Positions 34,657 through 47,310 of a stretch of 50,737 nucleotides of DNA are shown piece after piece. Position 1 is the first letter of the stretch, and each line of letters starts with the position of its first letter. A program made the position numbers and the translations under genes. The notes under the pieces were generated by a model. That model was not told where the DNA came from and did not search any database. It saw only the letters and a program-made list of their open reading frames with translations. The stretch is taken from NCBI RefSeq assembly GCF_001194135.2, contig NC_068988.1:3162754-3213490 (forward strand), in the 5' to 3' direction. This DNA comes from Octopus bimaculoides (lineage: Eukaryota).

Positions 34657-35165
34657 TATTTGTACCTGACTCCCAACTACACACACATGCACATATGTGA
34701 TGGGGTGGGGTTACGAAAGAGAATGGGATAGAAAGACATTGAAAGTGAGAGGGACGTTAATTTCCTTATGATGTAAAATTTTATAATGACATACCCAACG
34801 GTTATAAATTTGTGAATGCATGTGTTATTTTGTAAACACACACACATGCATGTGCATATATATATACACATATATATGTATGTATGTGCCTGTGTGTGTG
34901 TGTTTTTATGTATACTGCATTTATGTATGTTTTCATATATGTACAAATCAGTATACGTCTTTGTATGTTATGAATTTATATGCATGTTTGTATGTGCATA
35001 TGTATGTATGTATATGTGGTGTGTAAATGGTAGTTTATACACATACTCACATGTGATCTCTTATTTTGAAACTTGTAAGTCAGAAAGTATTTTTAAAAAG
35101 TATCCAAAATAGAAAAATTACACCATTTCGCAGAGAAGACAGGGCGTGGATGAGCAGAAGTAAAT

Positions 35166-35414
35166 CAACATCATCATCGTTTAACGTCCGTTTTCCATGC
35201 TGACATGGGTTGGACGGTTTAACCAGGGACTGGCAAGCCAGTAGGCTGCACTAGGCTCCAATCTTATCTGGCAAGGTTTCTACAGCTGGATGCCCTTCTT
35301 AACGCCAACCACTCTGAGAATGTAGTGGGTGCTTTTTATGTACCACCAGCACAGGAGCCAGTCAGGTGACACTGGCGTCGACCACGTTCAGGTGGTGCTT
35401 TTTACATGCCACTG
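35166..35414 (-). mobile_element. RTE LINE 3' UTR fragment
   Basis: tttaacgtccgttttccatgctgacatgggttggacgg..ctacagctggatgcccttcttaacgccaaccac..ggtgctttttatgtaccaccagcac. Confidence 0.9.
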
Positions 35415-35554
35415 AAATCATAAAAAAATATTCTAGTCATAATCTTTAATGCTCAAAGCAGTAATCCAAAGTAATTTCATGGATATAAATACATTATGCT
35501 CAGTTTAATATTAAAAATTGTTTATATAAAACCAAACATTATCTTTTTTCTTTT

Positions 35555-35720
35555 ATTGTTCATTTATTCAGTCTTTAGATTGTAGCCATGTTGAGATACT
35601 GTCTTGAAGAATTTTAGTTGATCAAATCAACCCCAGGACTTATTTATCAAACTTGGTACTTATTCTATCGGTCTCTTATGCCAAACTGCTAAGTTATGGG
35701 GAATGTAAACATGCCACATT
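35555..35720 (-). mobile_element. SINE tail type A remnant
   Basis: atcaaccccaggacttatt..ggtacttattctatcggtctct..aactgctaagttatggg resembles 27680-27770. Confidence 0.75.
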
Positions 35721-36512
35721 GAAAAACAGTAAAAGAAGAAAAAGAAATCAGTTTGATTCCAAGAATTACTTAAAGTAATTTCTGATATCATTATTATCTC
35801 TTCAATATTATTCTGAAGCACATTTCCAGTCATGTGACTCTTAAGACGCATTCATTTCTAGTTATATTCCTCGTACGATGCCATAAAATGACACTATGTG
35901 GGACTGCAAAAAAATTTCTACACTAATCTTAGATCTCTTTTATCTGACTGCCTTTATATGTTTCATTTCCAATAGTATCTGCTACTGCTGCTACTGCTGC
36001 CACTGCTGCTGTTGGTATGGAAACAGACAAGTACTGGCAATTTCATTTTCTATTAAAAATGTTGATATCAATACAGGTACTGAAAAGGTATTATGTGATA
36101 TTGATTCCCTTCTTTTCCTCTTCTTTTTTTTTTTTAGCAAACAAGAAGTTTCAATTGCCATATTGGTAAATATGCATTTTATTTCAGTAGTTTCAAAACA
36201 TGGTAGAAAAAATAATATGATTCAGCATGAGGAATACGAGTGATAGGAAAAGAAAAAAAAAAATTATTAATATTTTTTTTTTTCTTTGCATATATTTTCC
36301 AGTAAAAATCATGGTTTATGATGTTTTGTTGCCTTTTAGTAACTAGGGGTGAGATCACATGATCATAATGGCTGAGAAAAAAAATCGCTATAAATTTGGG
36401 GTAAACAGTCATAGATGTGTGTGTGTGTGTGTGTGTACACACACATCTATATGAGTACATATATACACATATATATATATATATATAGTGATATGTATAC
36501 ATATGTATGTAT

Positions 36513-36546
<34 letters not shown>

Positions 36547-38261
36547 TTATATGTATTTTTCAATGACAAATGGAAGTATCACATGACTTATCCATTGAAA
36601 GGGTCCCATTTCCATTGTGTGGAAATCCATATTTGCTACTATGCTGTTCTTGTCATGTTTTTCAATATTTCTTACAAAGAAAAATATTTCTGTAAACTTT
36701 GAAAATATAAATAAGAAAATATTGCAACTATTTTATTTGAAAGAGGGAAATTCATCACTTGAATGAAAAAAAACAATAGGCAGCTGTTTATGATTTAGTT
36801 GAGTGAAAGCGATTGAATTAAATCATTATGTCAACAAGTCTTTAGTAATTACGAATGTTTTTAGAAACAACTTTCTCAACTTCACTACCATTTTACAATT
36901 TGTTAAGTTCTCATTAGCAAACCTACAAACCTCCTTGAATTTGTTGAGCTAATTTATATATGAAAATTAAAAAAACAAAAAACGATTTTCTTCCTTTTAT
37001 GAAATTGTGTTACATAAAATTGTCATAAATATAAAAACAACAGGAAAACCCCAAATGAAAAACAATATAAAAGCATGAAAGAATTTCACATGTAAATGTG
37101 TGATTTTATAATGTCATAAATCACTAATTAAAATGTTTAACTATAAGAAATTATTGATTTTATTTCAATAATTGAATCAGGAGTATATAGTGAAGGAGAA
37201 GTGTCATAAATAGCTTTAGGTGTTTGCAGCTTATAAAATGGTAGCATGATTAGATCAATTTCTAAACCTAATTATCAACTTGAATGAGTCTTGATATTCA
37301 CAGGAAAATAAAATGTATTTGCTTGTTAGAGATCTATAAATAGCTGATAGATTAGAGGTAACACCAGTGCTGGATTAACTGAGAGCAGGTAGGCTATAGA
37401 TTAAAAACATGGCCATTTTATGAAATTGTAATAACTTTTGTGGTGTTAACAGCATATTTGAAGGATTGGGGACCAATTTGAATAGATTTGCTAGGAGTGG
37501 AAATAACAAAAATGAATACAAAACTGTTGTTATTTTTACCTACATGATGTTTATATTTTAGCCAATGTGTTTGAGACATTCTGAAAGTTAACTAAAGCGG
37601 ACGATGGCTTGGTCAATTATATAGCAAATATATATAAATGGACTCTTTCTCTATCGATTCCACTTTCAGTTGATTCTGGTTTAAATGTAACAACATGTGA
37701 ATTCCTTAAATTACAACAGCGTTACACAAGCAACAAAGATACACAAAGTTAAATACTTTCTCCTAATCTACAATTTTAATGTAATATAAATTTGTTTTTG
37801 TGGTCAGATGTTGAGCAAGTTATTATATAAATTTAAACTTAGAGTTTATAGTTCTTACTGACATAAGGTTAAAGGAGAAATCCTGATTTTTGATTTAACA
37901 GGGATGGTCATCGTTACAAGCTCTATAAAATATTAGTAGAAATTTGATTGTTTGGCTGATCTTATTTATGAGAATGTAATGATTAAACTCAATTATTGTT
38001 TGACAAGTTTAATGCATTGGAACAGGGAAGAGGAATGGTAAGTCTATTGATTAGCAGTTAATAAAAATTATATATTTGTCTATTTATCAGTTTGATTTTT
38101 ATAATCTATTTAATTTAAAATGTCCTGATGATGATGATGATGATGATAATGTCGTGGATCTTGGAAGTCTTCCAAGTAATGAATCAACTTGAAAATGTTA
38201 TTCAAAAGCAGTGAAAGCTATATAATACTATTTATTACTCTGTGGAATTATGATAGAATTT

Positions 38262-38345
38262 ATAGGCCGGGCAAAATGTTTAGCAGCATTTTGTCTTTCA
38301 GTCCGCCTTCAAATTCTGAGTTCAAAATCCACCAAAGTTTACTAA
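38262..38345 (+). mobile_element. SINE family E, 5' fragment
   Basis: ccgggcaaaatgtttagcagcattt..attctgagttcaaaatccaccaaagtt. Confidence 0.65.
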
Positions 38346-38809
38346 CAAAACAAGAACTGAAATAAGTTTACTAACAAAACTCAAGTGTAAAAAAATTAGA
38401 ACATGTTACTTTATTCTGATATCTGAAAAAACTTGATTTAGATTAAAATAAATTATTTCATAAATCATTGATTTATTAAAATAAATGGTTTACTGTTGGC
38501 ATTTTGTCCTTGACTCTGTGTTTGCTGTGTCCTTAAAAAGGAGTATTCAATAGGGAATAGAAAATACTATCTCACAGTAAACAGTGAGAAAGGGATACAA
38601 TGAAATAACAGTTTGTATTATAAAGTTAACTGAGTTGGTTTGTTATGAAGAATGAACAGGACCCTCCACGGGAAGACAAGCCCTGTTCGAAACATCAAGC
38701 ATCCTCCTGCTCTGCACTGCACACTCCTTTTATTTTGCAAAGGGTTTGTTTAATTATTGGAAAAATGTTGACCCCCCCCCATCTCCACTAATTCTATTGG
38801 TTTCCATAG

Positions 38810-38827
38810 TTTCAATTTGTATGACAG
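38810..38827 (+). other. Candidate 18-nt microexon
   Basis: Branch-like ctaat, tctattggtttccatag|TTTCAATTTGTATGACAG|gtaagt. Splice signals only. Confidence 0.28.
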
Positions 38828-39978
38828 GTAAGTTATTTGTCTAATGAGCCCAAATGATTCCATTACTCATAGGTGACATGTGCCACAGCATCATATTAAA
38901 TGGTCATGATATAATGAACAGACTCTGCATCCAGTGAAGTAAGCATTGATGCGTAACCTGTTATGCTTGTAATGGAAAAACATAATTCCTCAGCACATTT
39001 GTTTTATCAGCTGTAGAATGATAGAAGTCGAAGTCAATCTTGGAAGACGTAAAAGCTACATTTGTGGTAATCAATCACCAGCTGCAGAGATAAGTGAAGG
39101 AGACGATCAATCAAGTTCAATAATATTATCACATCAACAAAATGTGAAGAGTTGACAGAAATGGTAAAATGACAGATTAGATTCTAAAATAGTTTTTAGT
39201 TCCATTTTATCATCTGAAATTCAGCAAGGATTCTTTTTATATTCTCCATCATTCAGTACCCACAAAATATTGAGATCCATCCTTGAAGTTGTACCCCTTC
39301 TCTTATGGATATTATTAGTGCGAAGAATTTGATTCCATCCTCAAGTTGGTGTTTAAAGTATTCACAGTTACCCCTCGATGTTTTTGATTTCAAACAATAT
39401 TTAACATCCATAGCAGTCTATATGTATCATACATAATAGATATACACTGTTGATGGGCCAGTTACTGAAATATTTGTCCTGAGATAACATCTCTTATAAA
39501 TGTACTGTATTAAAAACACAATGAATTTCAGAGACAAAAATTCATCTCAGCAGTGGCCAGCATGAGTATCAGACACAGATTGGCCTTTATTGTGGTGGGG
39601 TGGGGTGTGTTTTGCAATGTGGCACATACTTGCAGCCAGGCACAGGCTTGAATGAAAATTCACCACCTCTGATATAAAAACTCAATTCAACATTCACTGA
39701 TATTGTGAAAAGCTATCCAGCTGAATAAAGATCTGGTGTACGCAATTAAGGCAGTATTAAATTGAAATAGTCATGCATATATCATACTTAATGTATACAC
39801 ACAGGGGATTAGCCAGCAGCTGCAGTATTTTTCCTGAGATTACATCTCTCATGGACGCCAGATTTAACATTCATGTTCCATTTTGGCATTGAGCAGACAT
39901 TAAATGATGACAGTGATACTAGTATTGTATAAATTAAGTACCAGTGATGTCATGAGGTAATTACTGTTTCTCTTACAG

Positions 39979-40152
39979 AAATTATTGTTGCTTTGCACTG
40001 TACCTAATCAAAAGAAATCACCAATAGATGAGATAAAAAAACTGTTTACTGACAGCTACTATTGTCACTACAACTGCCACCATCAAAAATGATTCCTAGA
40101 ACTCTTCGTGTTGGTAGAGCATTGCAAAAACTGTCCATTTTAATAAATAATG
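39979..40152 (+). CDS. Candidate 5'UTR/first-coding exon (ATG at 40089)
   Basis: ttactgtttctcttacag| ... aataatg|gtatgt; stops in all three frames upstream of aaaaATG; encodes MIPRTLRVGRALQKLSILINN then a phase-1 donor. No recognisable domain. Confidence 0.3.
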
Positions 40153-40199
40153 GTATGTCTTCTTTAAAATTAGTCATGTTATCATTATGCATTTGTTTA

Positions 40200-41027
40200 T
40201 TTATTTATATTACATTTGTTTTTCTTTTATCTCTTTTGCTAACTTCCTTCCCTGTGGGATTTCGCTTTTTTGCAGATTATCGTTTTAAGTTTTGCCAATC
40301 AAATCCTTTTATAGATCTGATTGCAGTCATTAATCACAGCTTTCACAATTTTTATCATTCTCTATTTTTGCTCTTACTCTCTCTGTACAAATCGCTTCCT
40401 CTTTTACCATTCCCTGGCCAGTTTTCTAGTTTTTATTTCTCCAGTCGTTTTTCTATTTTATTCATCTTTCTTCCACACCTTTCTCTCTTCCTCTCTCCCT
40501 TTCTCTCTCTGACTCTTTCTCACTTCTCCATCTTCCTCTCTTTCTTTTTTACCCATTTTTCATCTCTATTTTTCTCTCAATTATTTTTCTTATTTCTTAT
40601 TTCATTTTTTCCATGCTAACCCTCTCCTATTCACTTACTCACTCTCTCTTTTTCTCTAACAAATTCTTTATTTTTTCCATATTCTCCTTCTTCTATTCAT
40701 CTTAACCAATCTTTCTCTCTACCTCGCCCATTGTCTTTCATTCCCATCCATTTTTTTTCTATTTGCTTATCTCTCTCATTCCCCACCCTCTCTCCCTCTC
40801 TCCCTCCCTCTCTCCCTCCCTCTTACACCCCTCCACTCAAATTCTCTTAATTTCTTTTAATGATACACATCACCTTTCATTCTTTTATACTCACTTCATT
40901 TACCATTTTCTGATGATAAAACTCTCTTCATATTCCTCTTCCTCTATTTTGGCCACAATTCTGTTACTCTTTTACTCTCTCTCTCTCTCTCTCTACCTAT
41001 CTCTCTCTCTCCTTTCTGTTACTCTTT

Positions 41028-41060
<33 letters not shown>

Positions 41061-41620
41061 TTCTGTTACTCTTTTACTCTCTCTCTCTCTCTCTCTCCTT
41101 TCTTTTGTTCATCTTTCCTCTCTCCTTGCTTTTCTTTACTACATTTTTATCTTACCTCACTTTCCTCCCCATCCAACAACCATGTATTCACTCAGACCCA
41201 CTCTCTCTTTCCCTCTCTCACTCTCTCTCTCCCTCCCCATCTCTCTCTCCCTCTCCATCTCTCTCTCCTTCTCTCTGTTTCTCATCACACCTCTCTAGAA
41301 CTTAATATATTACTACTCTTTCCTCAATGTGCTTTCTTACCATTTTACCATTCTCTCTTCCCCACCATCCAGCCCTTTTTGCTAACTCTTACAAATGCTC
41401 TCCTACCTCTCTCACTACCCCTCCCACTCACACTTATTCCTCTCCTCCCATCACTCCGTACTCATACTCTTAATTTTCACACAATCACTTGCTTCTGACT
41501 TCTCTCATCATTACATTTCACTCACTCAACTCGTTCTTCTTCTCATCTCCTCACATCATACACTGCACGTCTCGCCTTCCCTCCCACAGCCTCTCTATTA
41601 CATTAAATATTATTCCACAA
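40200..41620. repeat. ~1.4-kb pyrimidine-rich (CT) low-complexity tract with three internal 47-55 bp units
   Basis: + strand almost devoid of G; the unit ttctgttactcttttactctctc.. starts at 40959, 41014 and 41061. Confidence 0.9.
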
Positions 41621-42037
41621 GGAAAGAGGCTTTATAAAACATTTATTAATTGTTTAACAAAGAGCTACTCAATATTAAACAGTGTTCTACTTTTAGCTGA
41701 CAATAATATTTAATATTTATAGCAATTTTACTTCTCTCATCTAATGTTAATCTGCAAAAATTGTTCTCTCATTCGCATATACATACATACATACATACGT
41801 GCATGTATATGCATTTGTATATAAATGTATATATTTCCTTTTGTGTTGTATTCTGTTGTGATGTGGATGGTGTTGAGAAAATGTAATACCCAATGATTTA
41901 ACTAGTTCTAATTTCCCATGTAATTAATCCAAAATAATTGCTAACTCATTTATCTGAAAGCATCAATACCAGATATGTAAATGTGCACAGATATATGGAC
42001 ATCACATTACATTACCTTTGAGTGTATATTTATACAT

Positions 42038-42133
<96 letters not shown>

Positions 42134-42135
42134 AT

Positions 42136-42742
42136 NNNNNNNNNNNNNNNNNNNNNNNNNNNNNNNNNNNNNNNNNNNNNNNNNNNNNNNNNNNNNNNNN
42201 NNNNNNNNNNNNNNNNNNNNNNNNNNNNNNNNNNNNNNNNNNNNNNNNNNNNNNNNNNNNNNNNNNNNNNNNNNNNNNNNNNNNNNNNNNNNNNNNNNNN
42301 NNNNNNNNNNNNNNNNNNNNNNNNNNNNNNNNNNNNNNNNNNNNNNNNNNNNNNNNNNNNNNNNNNNNNNNNNNNNNNNNNNNNNNNNNNNNNNNNNNNN
42401 NNNNNNNNNNNNNNNNNNNNNNNNNNNNNNNNNNNNNNNNNNNNNNNNNNNNNNNNNNNNNNNNNNNNNNNNNNNNNNNNNNNNNNNNNNNNNNNNNNNN
42501 NNNNNNNNNNNNNNNNNNNNNNNNNNNNNNNNNNNNNNNNNNNNNNNNNNNNNNNNNNNNNNNNNNNNNNNNNNNNNNNNNNNNNNNNNNNNNNNNNNNN
42601 NNNNNNNNNNNNNNNNNNNNNNNNNNNNNNNNNNNNNNNNNNNNNNNNNNNNNNNNNNNNNNNNNNNNNNNNNNNNNNNNNNNNNNNNNNNNNNNNNNNN
42701 NNNNNNNNNNNNNNNNNNNNNNNNNNNNNNNNNNNNNNNNNN
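42136..42742. other. Assembly gap
   Basis: N run. Confidence 0.99.
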
Positions 42743-43141
42743 GTTAGGGTGTGGCACTTTTTCACGCACCTATCCTCCTCCATTCTCACCACATGTCCAT
42801 ACCAGTGCAATCGTTTCTCTTGCACGCCACAACTGATGCTTCTAATGTTCAGCTTTTCTCTCAAGATACTTACACTCTGACGGGTATTCACATTGACATT
42901 ACACATCCAACGGAGCATACTGGCTTCATTCCTTGCGAGCTTACGTATGTCCTCAGCAGTTACAGCCCATGTTTCACTGCCATGTAGCATGGTTGTTCGT
43001 ACGCATGCGTCATACAGTCTGCCTTTTACTCTGAGTGAGAGTCCCTTTGTCGCCAGCAGGGGTAAGAGCTCTCTAAACTTTGCCAAGGCTATTCTTATTC
43101 TAGCAGCTACACTTTCAGCGCACCCACCCCCACTACTAACA
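42743..43141 (-). mobile_element. RTE-clade LINE ORF2 C-terminal fragment, frame intact, running into a gap
   Basis: SSGGGCAESVAARIRIALAKFRELLPLLATKGLSLRVKGRLYDACVRTTMLHGSETWAVTAEDIRKLARNEASMLRWMC..RLHWYGHVVRMEEDRCVKKCHTL; same family as 28601-29772. Confidence 0.93.
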
Positions 43142-43434
43142 CACACAAAGAGAATGTATGTATGTATGTATGTATGTATGTATGTATACATATATCGTTG
43201 ATATTATGTTAAACTGTTGTATGTCCAAATTTGTTCAAATGCGTTTCAATATTTGTTTTTCCTTGCAACAACTGGTTCTTTTGGTCAAACTGATGTACCT
43301 CCAGCTGCTTCAGATGCTAAGGTATCAAAAATTGCCAAAGAGTAGTACAATGGTTTTGCTATGGTATGCTGAAACGATTTTTTCATTTTCTGAAAAAGCA
43401 ATGTTTTGCACTTACGACACTTTTGCATAATAGT

Positions 43435-43478
<44 letters not shown>

Positions 43479-43482
<4 letters not shown>

Positions 43483-43531
43483 TCTCTTTTACTTGTTTCA
43501 GTCATTTGACTGTGGCCATGCTGGAGCACCA
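43479..43531 (-). mobile_element. SINE tail type A, extreme 3' end
   Basis: ctcttttacttgtttcagtcatttgactgtggccatgctggagcacc. Confidence 0.8.
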
Positions 43532-44339
43532 GTACAGATTATCCCTTTGCCACCAATGACATAGCAGTGTGTATACCAAATGCTTCTTGTTCTTGTTGTT
43601 TGAAGTGTGGCAGAAGCTGAAATATAGATTTGCAAATCAGTAGTTTGCTTCTATCAACAACTAAAGCTAACAACTGAAAGCTTGCTATTAACAGACAAAC
43701 CTGTGTCATCCCCTTTCTAACTAATCAGTTTGTCTGTATATTTTATTAATAGTCTTGCTCACATCGTTTTTCTAACTGGATTAATGCAACATTAACATGA
43801 GTCACGGATAAGAAGGAATACCATAGAAAAGCTTACTAACCGGAATTGTTGGTGGTGATCATTAGGCATACAGTCCACCCCAGAGCAGAAGTAATATGAG
43901 TGACCAAGCTCATCATCAGAAAAGATGAGCTCAGTCGCTCAAAGCAAGACCAACTCTGACTAGACTAGAATTAAAAATCCAACTTATAGTCAAATTGTCT
44001 GCACTGTAAGTAATATTTACTGTGACTTGTGCTAATTCAGGCCTCAAATTTGCAGTGTGATCAGTCTTGAATTCTACATAAGCTATAACTCATCAATAAA
44101 GTTGGAAGTGACAGTCACTCCTGCTAGCTTGCATTCTGAGTTTTGTGAATTTTTAAATTAAAGAATGTAAATATTAGATCTTATTTTCCTTCAGTTACAG
44201 GGCAAACTTCAGGCCTTTAGTCTTGTATGTTATAAGGTGATCACCACTAGCGCTGGTGCCATGTAAGAAGTACAGTACACCCTCTAAAGTGGAGAAATGT
44301 GTTAGGCTGTACCCTAAAACCCAACTAAAAAAACTTGCT

Positions 44340-44430
44340 CTTCTTCCTTCAGAATGATAGGGGTTTTCTATGATGGGAATTAGTTGCTATTTCTAGCACA
44401 TCAAGTGACAGTGCAAAGGCTTCTCCATTG
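44340..44430 (+). mobile_element. Family D fragment
   Basis: agttgctatttctagcacatcaagtgacagtgcaaaggcttctcc resembles 13500-13545. Confidence 0.5.
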
Positions 44431-45489
44431 CTTTACTATGTGAATTTCATGTATTTGTGGAAGGCCTTAATTTTTCTATATCTCTTTTCCCTCAGCTTTA
44501 AAATCATAGCCACAATGAATACGAAATCAAATGTCTGCCACTCCTACAGTGGCAGACATTTCATTTTGAAATGATTTTTGGGGCAAAATCTAAAATATTT
44601 TTACATTTAAAATATAGCTGCTAAAAGAAAATTAAATGAAATATTTGCTATATAAACAGATTTAGGTATTACTCACCAAATTCCATTTAGACATGGAAAT
44701 TCATCTTCAAAATGTTAATATTAAACTTATAAAAACTCTAATGGATGTTTGGTACTGGAAATGGGAAATTGCTGTATTATCATAGTTGTCAACACAAAAT
44801 TTAATCACAACATCTGTAATCCAACTCCTCTGTGTATGTGTGCATGGATGTGTGCATGTGTATGTGTGCATGGATGTGTGCATATGTGTGTGTGCGTGTG
44901 TGTGTGTGTACATCTGTGTATAATATAATACTTAAATAAATAGACATGATACACACAGACACACACACACACATATGTATGTATGTATACCCACAATTCT
45001 AATATGATATTCATCACCTAAAGTTCATATATGATAGTTGCATGCCAATTTTTCACTTTATATAAAAAGGGAAATATTTTTCTTGGTTGCAAAAGTGATT
45101 GTTTTCAATACAATTCAATCAAAGTATGAAGTCTATTAGTTTAAAGTTTGGTTTCGTTTCTTCTTTCTCTTTTTTTTTTGCTTCTTTCATTGAATATAAA
45201 GAGTTAAGTAATAAAATGTCAGAACTGGTGAATGTCTAGCAAAAGAATGTTATTTTTACATTTGAAAGTTATAAGGAGCAATAATAGAAAAGAAAATAAC
45301 ACAGACAGAAGAAAATAGAAACAAAAACGATTTGACAAAAAGAAAAACAAAAAAAATGTCTTTTGAACAACAGAAATTGAAAACGAGATAAAAGAAAAAA
45401 ATAATAAGAAAAAAGTCTGACTTGAAGTTAAGTTGGTGATAGAAAACAGAAAGAGTAAAAGAAAATTGGTTAAGAAGTAGGTCATGTCA

Positions 45490-45939
45490 GTTTATGTGGC
45501 AGAGAAAGTAAGAGATAAATGAATTTCCAAGAGAAAACCTAGTCTGGGAATTGTTAAATTGTCCAAACGCAAGAAGATTTTTGCTTAAGACAAGTTTGAT
45601 TATGATTAAATTATATGGTAATTAACTTTATACTGTGACCCTGCCACACAAAGGAAACTCATCTTGCAGCTCAGAAGCATAAAAAAAAGAACAAGAAAAT
45701 GGGAAATACTAGTAAACTATTAGTTAAAACTTTGAGAAAAATCTGTTCTCTCTGGCAAAGATGAAATCCGATTGAATATTTATATCAGGAGAAACTCAGA
45801 ATTTACTCAACGTTGGTTTTAGTCAATTACATAAAACTGACTGTACCATCACTTGTACTGTACTGTGTGAGGGATAAAACACCTCCTAGTATATATATAT
45901 ATTTGGTACTGTACTGGGTAATGTATAAAGTATCTGCTG

Positions 45940-45993
<54 letters not shown>

Positions 45994-46112
45994 CTAATAT
46001 TGGAATGTGTAATAAATAAAAATGCGAGCTAATATATGTATTTTGATGGCAGAACGAGTATGAAGAGATAAAGAGCAATGTGGGAATGAGTTTTCATTAA
46101 ACAAACCTCGTA
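45490..46112 (-). mobile_element. Possible degenerate mariner-like element end
   Basis: Terminates in aaacaaacctcg-TA (TA-CGAGG TIR on the - strand); inner extent is a guess and no transposase is seen. Confidence 0.3.
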
Positions 46113-46190
46113 TGTATGTATGTATGTATGTATGTATGTATGTATGTATGTATGTATGTATGTATGTATGTATGTATGTATGTATGTATG
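46111..46190. repeat. (TATG)n microsatellite
   Basis: Direct tandem tetranucleotide. Confidence 0.95.
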
Positions 46191-46225
46191 GAGGTGTGTA
46201 TGTATTGCACTATGTAAAAAGCTTC

Positions 46226-46420
46226 CATACTGGTGCCACATACAAAACCCCACCACACACTCTGTAAAGTGGTTGGCCTTAAGAAGGGCATCCAGCAGTA
46301 GAACAGCTGACTGGAGCCTGGTGCAGCTCTCCAACTTGCCAGGCCCTTGTCAAACCTTCCAACCCATGCCTGCATGGAAAACGGACATTAAATGATGGTG
46401 ATGATGATAATGATGATCAT
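46226..46420 (+). mobile_element. RTE LINE 3' tail
   Basis: gtggttggccttaagaagggcatccagcagtag..ccttccaacccatgcctgcatggaaaacggacattaaatgatg. Confidence 0.88.
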
Positions 46421-46634
46421 GCAAATTAAAAACTGTGAAGTTTATAGCATTTCAAAGTCTCTAAAATACTCTGATCATAAGACAGTCACAGCTGGTTGAA
46501 CAATTCAATCATTGGATTACAAGCTGGAAGATCAATAGTTTGTGTATAAAGAATCTAAAACCAACAAAGGTCTATTGTTTCATTATATACATCATTTACC
46601 AATTAAATAAATATCATAGGCTGGTAGAGAACCT

Positions 46635-46760
46635 TTAATTGGTTTCAAATTTAGCACAAGACCAGCAATTTTAGGGGGAGGTGTAAGTCACATATATCAA
46701 TCCTGATGTTCAACTGGTACTATTTTATTGCTCCTGTTAGGATGGCAGGCAAAGTTTTCT
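46635..46760 (-). mobile_element. SINE family E, 3' part
   Basis: ggtttcaaatttagcacaagaccagcaattttaggggg..caactggtactattttatt resembles 16830-16925. Confidence 0.7.
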
Positions 46761-47094
46761 TCATCTTTGACCAAAATATATTACAAGATGATGATGTTTT
46801 CAGACAATGTCTATGTGACCTTAATGGATCATGGATTGAAAACAATTATTATGATTGGATACTTTCACACAAGAATGCCTACATGACACTGATATGTGAA
46901 TGTGGTTAATAAGGCTTGCAGCTTTGTTGTTCTTAGTTTTAATGTTGGTATTTAGTATTTTGATCCAATGTGTTCGATCCTAGATTTTATCCAAATTAGT
47001 AAATTATATTTTCTGGAGACTTCAGTGCCAAACCTTTTTCAATTCAAATCCATTGATGATATCTTTCTCCTGTTTGCTTAATTCCTAATGACAA

Positions 47095-47310
47095 AATTGA
47101 GAGATGGACAAGTTGGCAAGGAATCTTCTGTAGGCAGTGGTTCATAATCCTAAATCATAGCAGTTGAATCTCTCTCACATCACATCCTACGGTCATAAAG
47201 AAAACAGGAAGGACATATTAGATAATGTAGTTCTTGAAAATCCGTTGGCATGATCACAATCCTATTGAAACAGGGCCAAGTGATGGGATGGAACCATGGG
47301 CATGGATGCT
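47095..47310 (-). mobile_element. Family D fragment
   Basis: atagcagttgaatctctctcacatcacatcctacgg..ggacatattagataatgtagttct is the reverse complement of the family D body. Confidence 0.5.

Noticed and set aside
38335-38380. 17-bp direct repeat aagtttactaacaaaac x2
   Set aside because: A local slippage or duplication at a truncated SINE end; no evidence of function.
40062-41713. Hydrophobic F/L/S-rich ORFs resembling membrane proteins
   Set aside because: Artefacts of the CT-rich tract.
43202-43345. Protein-like frame ATTGSFGQTDVPPAASDAKVSKIAKE*
   Set aside because: No ATG, no AG after the pyrimidine tract, and no recognisable homology.
44835-44890. 26-bp unit repeated twice within a (TG)-rich tract
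   Set aside because: An ordinary higher-order microsatellite expansion.
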